A stretch of 64,000 nt of DNA from Octopus sinensis. Taxonomy: Eukaryota. The stretch covers positions 308 to 64,307 of the forward strand of contig NW_021831825.1 of assembly GCF_006345805.1 (NCBI RefSeq). Reading direction: 5' to 3'. Numbering within the stretch: the first letter of the stretch is position 1; each line of letters begins with the position of its first letter. Below the pieces are notes generated by a model. That model was not told the origin of the DNA, ran no database searches, and saw only the letters and a list, made by a program, of their open reading frames with translations. Below are positions 55,826 through 64,000 of this stretch, piece after piece. Both the position numbers and the translations under genes were made by a program.

Positions 55826-56157
55826 GTATGTATGTATGTATGAATGTATGTATGCACCGCTATCAGTTTTATTATACTGCTAGCTTTGGTCAATAGCTTC
55901 GGTTTATATAATCGATCAGGACGTTTGTTTCACGTAGTGTGTGGTGCTTGCTTGTAATACATTCAACGCCCCCCCCCACACACACACACATACACACATA
56001 TACATATACAAACAAGCACACACACTCGCACGACACAGACTCATGTGTATACACACCAGCATTCATACGTAGACACAAGCATACAGACATACACACACGA
56101 CACACAATCACATTCATACGCGCAGGAGCACACACGTATTTATATAAATATGTACAT

Positions 56158-56785
56158 AGGCGCAGGAGTGGCTGTGTGGTAAGTAACTTGCTTACCAACC
56201 ACATGGTTCCGGGTTCAGTCCCACAGCGTAGCACCTTGGGCAAGTGTCTTCTAATATATATTCCTTTATTACCCACAAGGAGACAATCAAGGACAGAGGG
56301 AACAAACAAAGACGGACAAACGGATTAAGTCGATTACATCGACCCCAATGCGTAACTGGTACTTAATTTATCGACCCCGAAAGGATGAAAGGCAAAGTCG
56401 ACCTCGGCGGAATTTGAACTCGGAACGTAACGACAGACGAAATACGTCTACGCATTTCGCCCGACGTGCTAACGATTCTGCCAGCTCGGGCCGACCAAGA
56501 CCTTGTGAGTGGATTTGGTAGACGGAAACTAAAAGAAGCCCGTCGTATATATGTATATGTATATATATGTTTGTGTGTCTGCGTTTGTCCTCCTAACATT
56601 GCTTGACAACCGATGCTGGTGTGTTTACATCCCCGTAACTTGGCGGTTCGGCAAAAGCTGACGATAGAATAAGTACTAGGCTCACAAAGAATATGATATG
56701 TCCTGGGGTCGATTTGCTCGACTAAAGGCGATGCTCCAGCATGGCAGCCGTCAAATGACTGAAACAATTAAGAAGGAGTAAGAGT
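56158..56785 (+). mobile_element. Family-C SINE interrupted by an antisense family-M SINE at ~56263-56487
   Basis: C-family sequence stops at TCTTCTAATATA and resumes at CTCGGGCCGACC. Confidence 0.88.
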
Positions 56786-56947
56786 ATAGACACACATTTG
56801 CTTTTACATACGTATGACTATAGACGTATGTATGTGTGTATTTATACACACATACATATATTCAAATAGAATTTTATATACATCGAAATATATATATATT
56901 ATATATATATATATAATAATATATATATCATATATAATACAATATAT

Positions 56948-57155
56948 AAAGTTAATCCAAACAAGAAAACAAAAAAAAAACAAACAACGCAAGGATGTGG
57001 AACAAATAAAGTATTATTGGACGCTCAGGAAAGAAGGGAAAGAAGGAGGGTTTAACGTTTCGAGCGGAGCTCTTCGTCGGAAACATAGGAGATGGAAAGA
57101 TCCCGAGAAGGAAGACAGAGGGAAAAATATTGCCAGTGGTACTCACGAGGTCATA
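56948..57155 (-). mobile_element. Second copy of the hammerhead-bearing pLTR-like element; motif at 57050-57084 has a U4C core
   Basis: High similarity to 22330-22552; GTTT-CCGACGA-A-GAGC(TCC)GCTC-GAAACGTT-AAAC. Confidence 0.65.
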
Positions 57156-57162
57156 TATATAT

Positions 57163-57371
57163 ATTCTTTTATTCTTTTACTTGTTTCAGTCATTTGACTG
57201 TGGCCATGCTGGAGCACCGCCTTTTGTCGAACAAATCGACCCCAGGACTTATTCATTGTAAGCTTAGTACTTATGCTATCGATTCTTTTTGCCGAACCGA
57301 TAAGTTACGGGGACGTAAACACACCAGCATCGGTTATCAAACGATGTTGGGGGACAGACACAGACACACAA

Positions 57372-57416
<45 letters not shown>

Positions 57417-57567
57417 CACATATATACAACGGGTTTCTTTCAGTTTCCGATAACCAAATCCACTCACAAGGCTTTGGTCGGTCCGATGCTATAGTAGAAA
57501 ATACTTGCCCAAGGTGCCACGCAGTGGGACTAAACCCGGAACCATGTGGTTGGTAAGCAAGCTACTT
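57163..57567 (-). mobile_element. Family-C SINE whose head is cut off at GGTA|AGTAGC by a retroelement insertion
   Basis: Match to other copies up to 57567. Confidence 0.9.
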
Positions 57568-58920
57568 ATTTTCAAAAAAAGTTTCCAGAAAGGCATGATA
57601 CAGAGTAGCTTGCGGGCTGGACAGAAACATTGATGAGATGAATGATGAAATAAAATGATATTAATGGGAGAACACAAAAAACGCCCCCCGATTTTTTGCT
57701 TCTCTAAAACATTATTTTTTACACAAAAAACAAACCAATGTATTGAACCTCTTACTTCCGTTTTTACAATTATTGGACTTAATAGTCCATTTACAAATTG
57801 GGGCGCTGAACCTCTTACATTATAACACTGTGGCTTTTCAAACTCTTGTCAATTTTCCTCCCCAGCATCGCTTGTGCCCGTATACTCTACCATCAACCAC
57901 GCCTCGTTTAAAACCAAGGCGGGCTCCGAGTCGGCGCCGCCCGGCCACAAGCGATATTCCTCTTTGAGTCCCTCCAGCCTACGTATGACGGGCAACGTTA
58001 TGGCCCCCACAGCTATCTGCAGAGGCCATTCGGGTTCCCGTGTGAAAGTTAAAGGTATTCCCTTATAGTGTTTTTCCACCACCTTTTCAACCTCTCCACC
58101 TCTGTAGAAGAAGATCAATAACTTGTCTTCCTTCGGGGTCGAGGTAGTCAATTCTACCGTTGGCGGCACAATTCCCGCCAACAGTGTCTCTTCCTCTGCC
58201 GGTGGCACAATCGACGAGGTTCCGGGACATTCCGATGCTATGTCACCGACTGCCGGCAATGTCCCGTTTTTCTTCCTCCTCCTCATTTTTTCTTCTCAAC
58301 TGGGGGAAGGCGCGTCTCCTCCGTGACCGGGAGATTCGCCTCCCCTCTCTCATTCCTAGGATGCTTCTGTGAGCACCCATTATTGCTCACCTTCTTCCTC
58401 TTGCGGCCCTTCCTTCAGGATTCCTACTCCAACTCGGCCGCCTTCGTTCCTTCTTCTACAGAAGTCTCCATCAACTGCTCCAGGACTTTGTTTTGTTCCT
58501 GAGGACAGTTTTTCTTTATATGACCAGGCCCCAGGCACCGACGACACCTAGCCATCCCCCAAAAATCTGGAAGAACCAGATTATCGGCTGACTGGGTCCA
58601 CAGGGTCAAAACTACCTTCGACCCCACCCAATCAGCCAATTGGTATCGAGACATGCCCACCAAAACAATAATTGTCACAGCTAAGTGGGTCACTCGGCGC
58701 GACCGCAACAGACAAATGTCTAGAACCCAGTGAGGATTTCTTATTCGAGAAAAAGAAAACAATATAAAAAAATAGAAATTCCGCACCGAATCCCTAAAAA
58801 GACAGATGCCTACCTTGCAGTCGCGCTTTCAACGGTTCTTTAATTCAAGACGGCTTCCAACCACGTCTTGACAGTGTTCACTCTCGTAAGTGGCTGACAA
58901 ACTCACGCATGCGTAAGCGA
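57568..58920 (-). mobile_element. ORF1-only (HAL1-like) Tx1/L1-type retroelement A
   Basis: CCHC knuckle CRRCLGPGHIKKNC at 58505-58546; ORF1-like frame ends at 57849 and runs straight into the 3' UTR; 16-bp TSD 57552-57567/58921-58936. Confidence 0.7.
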
Positions 58921-59152
58921 GGTAAGAAAGCTACTTTATTTCATAAAATTTGCCATGACGGCATTACAAAGAGTAGCTTGCGGGCTGGAGAGAAACATTA
59001 ATGAGATGAAGGATGAAAAAAAGTTGAATAAAAAAGTGATATTGATGGGAGAAGACGAAAAACGCCCGGCGATTTTTTGCTTCTCTAATACATTATTCTT
59101 TTTTTAAAAAACAAAATGAGGTATTAAACATCTTACTTTAGTTTATTACAAA

Positions 59153-59943
59153 CTAGCACTATGATCCGGCAACGCCGGGTCATAGTGCTAGTGCATGCAT
59201 ATACAGCTGCGTGCGTGCGCACATACACGCGAGTACTGTCAAAATCTCCGACCAATCACATACAGCTAGCTGGCATTCAATTGGCGTATCAAGTTTCGGG
59301 CATTTTGATTGAGTTTTGGATAGAAAATTCACAAAAAAGTCACTTCCATTGATATTTTTAATGGCTTTGCGGGGTGACTGGGGAAATGTAAAGATGTGCA
59401 CGACCATCCTTGGCCGGTTTTGAATGACTATAGAAAGTGCGAGCCCTCTAACTGAAAAATTGTGGATTTGTATAAAAGATACACACACACAGACATTTTG
59501 CCGTTTACATACTCTTACTCTTTACTCTTTTACTTATTTTAGTCATTTGACTGCGGCCATGACTGAGCACAGCCTTTAGTCGAGCAAATCGACCCCGGAA
59601 CTTATTCTTTGTAAGCCCAGTACTTATTCTATCGGTCTCTTTTGCGAACCGCTAAATGACGGGGACGTAAACACACACACCAGCATCGGTTGTCAAGCAA
59701 TGCTGGGGGGACAAAAACCACCACAACAAACATACACACACACTTATATATATATATATATATATATACGACAGGCTTCTTTCAGTTTCCGTCTACCAAA
59801 TCCACTCACAAGGCATTGGTTGGCCCGGGGCTATAGTAGAAGACACTTGCCCAAGATGCCACGCAGTGGGACTGAACCCGGAACCATGTGGTTGGTTAGC
59901 AAGCTACTTACCACACAGCCACTCCTGCGCCTATGTATAGAGA
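59153..59943 (-). mobile_element. Non-autonomous Helitron with a 39-bp palindromic 3' end and a SINE nested in its 5' end
   Basis: A|CTAG at 59152/59153; GA|T at 59943/59944; CAGACATTTTGCCGTTT subterminal block like the 650-1026 element. Confidence 0.8.
59512..59932 (-). mobile_element. Family-C SINE, full length
   Basis: Complete head and (ACTCTT)n tail. Confidence 0.92.
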
Positions 59944-60954
59944 TGTTTTTTTTTGTCTTTAAAAAGAACACACAAAAATGAGGCAATACATTTCTTACAC
60001 AGACTGAGACACCAAGTCTCTTCAATCATCCCCTATCAATTCTCTTGCAGCCTGCAGGCAAACCCTCAGCCGCAAGGCGGGGCACCAAAAAATATAATTG
60101 TAATCTTTTTTTCGAACAGGACTCCACTATTCGAAGGAACTCTCTCTCTTTCACCACCAGCGCCACCACCTGCGACGGCCAATGCTGATGATCAGTACGG
60201 GCCGAGTCCATTAGGTCCTGACCATCAAGACAGCTCTCAACAAAGTTGTTAACAACCCCTCCCCAAAGATAGAATACCACGTATTCTTTACTTTCACTGG
60301 GAGGGGCCATAGCTTCCTCTGTCGCTGGCACGATTCCAGCCGAAGGGGCCTCGGGACATGTCGGCAGTACACTGCACACCTCCGACACTGTACCATTCTG
60401 TTTTTTTCTTTTTTATCTTCGGTGCGGGAGGGGTTGGCTCCTTCGCCATAACCGCAGGAACCTCGCTTCCTCCCGCAACCCCGGGGCCCCTCGGAGAACA
60501 ACCATTGCCTCAGTCGCGTTGAGAAACTCACTTAGCGGTGAGAATTGTTTTGTTTTGGTGGGTGTGTCTCGCTACCAAAATTTGAAAAGTTTATAAAAAT
60601 TCGACCCATTCGTGGAGGAATTTTTTTGCTGCAACGGTGAACTGGAGTACCCGTGTGAGGCAATATTCTGGAGGATTACCCGTGGATTATTTGCTGATTG
60701 GACCCGGATTACCTAAGTGGCGGAATTGTGTTGCCGTGCTGGAACTATCTTTTCTCTGCTCTGTTTTTCTGTTCTTTCTTTGTGTTTCTTTGGACTTTTA
60801 TTTGAATATCTTGAACCAACCAAAGCCTTGTGAGTGGATTTGGTAGACGGAAACTGAAAGAAGCCTGTCGTATATGTGCGTGTATGTTGATTCGCTAGCT
60901 TCTGCACGCATTTTTTTTTCTCTCCTTGTTTCTTTCCGTTTTCTTTTCTGTGTA

Positions 60955-60991
60955 TCTTTCTGTTGAAGAGCGTAGGCTCGAAACGTAAAGA
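60955..60991 (+). ncRNA. Hammerhead-like motif with A6U core variant
   Basis: TCTTT-CTGTTGA-A-GAGC(GTAG)GCTC-GAAAC-GTA-AAGA. Confidence 0.5.
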
Positions 60992-61097
60992 CTTGTTTTA
61001 TTTTATTCCTGAGCGCCATACTAATACAATTGTTTGTTTGTACTCCACCTGCTTCGTCTTTTGTTTAATTCATAAAGCTTCCCGTTATATATATATA

Positions 61098-61161
<64 letters not shown>

Positions 61162-61220
61162 TATATATATCGTTAGCCCCTACACGCAATTTTTTTCTCT
61201 CCTTGTTTCTTTTCTGTGTA

Positions 61221-61258
61221 TCTTTCTGTCGAAGAGCGTAGGCTCGAAACGTAAAAGA
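61221..61258 (+). ncRNA. Hammerhead-like motif with A6U core variant
   Basis: TCTTT-CTGTCGA-A-GAGC(GTAG)GCTC-GAAAC-GTA-AAAGA; 5-bp stem I. Confidence 0.55.
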
Positions 61259-61362
61259 CTTGTTTTATTTCTATTCCTGAGCGCCATACTACTACAATTG
61301 TTTGTTGTACTCCCCCTGCCTTCGTCTTTGTTTTATTTCTTGTTAAAGCTTCCCGTTATATA

Positions 61363-61423
<61 letters not shown>

Positions 61424-61489
61424 GTGTGTGTGTGAGTGTATTGTGTGTGTGTGTGTGTGTGTGTATGTTTGTGTGTATGTGTGTGTTGT

Positions 61490-61645
61490 GTGTGTTCTCT
61501 CCCCAACATCGCCTGACAACCGATGTTGGTGTGTTTACGTCCCCGTAATCTAGCGGTTCGGCAAAAGAACCAGAGAATAAGTACATAGAATAAGTACTAA
61601 AGAATATGTCCTGGGGTCGATTTGCTCGACTAAAGAGAGTAAAGG
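61490..61645 (+). mobile_element. 3' half of family-C SINE
   Basis: Match to other copies. Confidence 0.75.
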
Positions 61646-61706
61646 GATTATATATATATATATTATATATATATATAATATATATATATAGATATATATA
61701 TATATT

Positions 61707-61755
<49 letters not shown>

Positions 61756-62004
61756 TATTATATATATCATATATATATATATACGTGCGCGCGCACATAT
61801 ATTAATATATCCATATATATATGCATATATATGCATATAAACTTATACACAGACACATACACACACACACGCACATATATATACTCACATATATATACAC
61901 ACACATATAGGGATTTGAATATGTGTTTGGATAGATAATCAAATGGCCTTTGCATGTGTCTGTGAGCATGCGCGTATGTGAGTGTGTGTGTTATTTGTGC
62001 ATCT

Positions 62005-62232
62005 CTTTTACTCTTCTACTCTTTTACTTGTTCCAGTCATTTGACTGCGGCCATGCTGAAGCACCGCCTTTAGTCGAGCAACTCGACCCCGGGACTTATT
62101 CTTTTGTAAGCCGAGTACTTATTCTATCGGTCTCTTTTGCCGAACCGCTAAGTAACGGGGACATAAACACACCAGCATCGGTTGTCAAGCAATGCTAGGG
62201 GGACAACAAACACAGACACACAAACATACACA

Positions 62233-62292
<60 letters not shown>

Positions 62293-62492
62293 TATATATA
62301 TATATATATATATATTATACATATATACGACGGGTTCTTTCAGTTTCCGCCTACCAAATCCACTCACAAGGCATTGGTCGGCCCGAGGCTATAGTAGAAG
62401 ACACTTGCCCAAGGTGCCACGCAGTGGGACTGAACCCGGAACCATGTGGTTGGTGAGCAAGCTACTTACCACGCAGCCACTCCTACGCCTAC
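62005..62492 (-). mobile_element. Family-C SINE, full length
   Basis: Complete head and tail. Confidence 0.92.
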
Positions 62493-62984
62493 TTTTGTGT
62501 ATGTATGTATTTATTTGTGGTTATGTATGTTTCGCTGAAATGTCTAATTCTGTCAAAGCGCATGTTGTTGTATGTATACATGGATAAGTGTGTATACACA
62601 TATACTGTGTATACACACAAACTGTGTATACATATTTATGTTTTCAGATAAGTTCATATGAATGTATATACAGAAATATGATATTTGCGTTATACATGGG
62701 AAGTATGTTTATGTAATTACATATATGCATACGAGTGTATATGAAAAGAGATGTACAGCGTATACATTTACATACATCTCTCCTACTCTCCCTCCCTTTC
62801 AATCTCATTCACTCTCGCTCTTTCTTTCTCACTCTTTGTCTTATTCTGTGTATATATATATATATATATATACATACACACATATATGTACGTCATACAT
62901 ACACACACACACACATATACATATATATACACACATATGTGCATGTATATATTATGTTCATAATCTGTTATATTTATGTCTGTG

Positions 62985-63024
<40 letters not shown>

Positions 63025-63433
63025 TAATATGTTGTGTGTGTGGTGGTTTGTATATATGTATGTATGTATATGTATGTATGAATGTATGTATGTACGTATA
63101 TATAATATTTATCTATACAGACATAAATATAAATATACATGTATATATAGATATACATAAATATAGATATGCATGTATATATGTTCATGTATATATATAT
63201 ATATATGTATGTATGTATTTATACACATACATACATGCATACTTATATACATTTATACATACATACATACATGTATACGTTACATATACAAAAACATACA
63301 TATATCTTACGCATCTATTCATGAATATCTATTCGGTAGATTGCACAGTGTAATGTGTCGAGATATATATACGTAACCAGATAAAGGTTTTAGTCAAAAT
63401 TCTTAGAAAATGAAAATTTGGTGGAAAAGTAAC

Positions 63434-63472
<39 letters not shown>

Positions 63473-64000
63473 TTGAAATACGATTGATAAATTGATCTGA
63501 GAAAAGAAAACTTGTTAAAAAGAAGATAAAAATTGAAGAAACATTTTAAGCAATCCGGCAGCCTTGAGAGATTATCTTTCATGTGTCTGTCTGCCTCTTT
63601 GATTACGTCTGAATCTATAGAGTGAAGTTCTTTATACATTAGCAGCATAGGCTTCTTACCGAAGACTGGGTATTTGAAGTGGCTTGCTCTACTTTCCTTT
63701 ACTATCACCTGTTATTTTATATTCAGACGTTTTTTGAAAAAAATATTAAAAAGAATTGGTGGTGGTGTGGTGCTGAGCAAGGTTTTCTTCTTGCTAGTAT
63801 ACAATGAATGCGATATTTCATCACAGCAACATCAATGAAACATCTATAAACATTATTGCCATTAATGATAAAAGTGGAAAAGATGGATATGAGTTTGAAT
63901 AGCAAATAAATAGAGACAATGGAAATCTGAGAGAGAGTTCCACCAATTTGCAACATGATAATTAATGTGACAATCGTAGCACAAGTCATTGGTTTTAAAT

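Larger units (their letters stand above)
58937..60790 (-). mobile_element. Related ORF1-only retroelement B, interrupted by a Helitron plus SINE; 5' part inverted
   Basis: 3' UTR 58937-59152 is a diverged direct repeat of 57568-57790; 60026-60510 homologous to A (AGIVP.T.E, Y..FY..G.V); 60512 onward matches A's 5' region on the opposite strand. Confidence 0.6.
60905..61356 (+). mobile_element. Tandem pair of ~180-bp retrozyme/pLTR-like units separated by (TA)n
   Basis: 60905-61085 and 61183-61356 are direct repeats, each with a hammerhead-like motif. Confidence 0.75.

Noticed and set aside
60330-60400. QCRRC zinc knuckle in ORF 60211-60531
   Set aside because: Homology to element A lies in a different frame (CPEAPSAGIVP), and the CX2CX4HX4C spacing is absent
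63403-63989. Two minus-strand ORFs at the window end (101 aa and 88 aa), one hydrophobic, with a possible 49-bp AG..GTAAGA exon
   Set aside because: No recognisable domain, weak acceptor and AT-rich composition; needs flanking sequence or RNA data

Overview
This is AT-rich eukaryotic intergenic or intronic DNA, inferred to be cephalopod (octopus-like) from its tRNA-derived SINE families and dense (TA)n/(TACA)n/(GATA)n microsatellites. No intact host gene is supported, and nearly all ORF-track entries are microsatellite or SINE translations. Contents: three SINE families (about 25 copies); decayed R4/Dong-like, HERO/NeSL-like, RTE and Tx1/L1-type non-LTR fragments; Tc1/mariner and hAT relics; a split Penelope-type GIY-YIG relic; and a Helitron RepHel pseudogene joined head-to-tail to a non-autonomous Helitron. 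Best unexplained signals: (1) seven minimal type-I hammerhead-ribozyme motifs from about five sequence families, all with self-complementary stem III and 35-190 nt upstream of (TA)n runs, including one canonical motif and a tandem pair that could release a 266-nt RNA; (2) ORF1-only retroelements stacked at one site of a SINE head with a 16-bp TSD; (3) a SINE that appears to insert into its own body, seeding a 184-bp satellite; (4) a CTAG-to-CTAG palindromic Helitron terminus seen in both loop orientations; (5) a hairpin-capped element whose palindrome is kept while its sequence changes. All coordinates and alignments were read by eye; family names are recalled from known motifs, not database hits.
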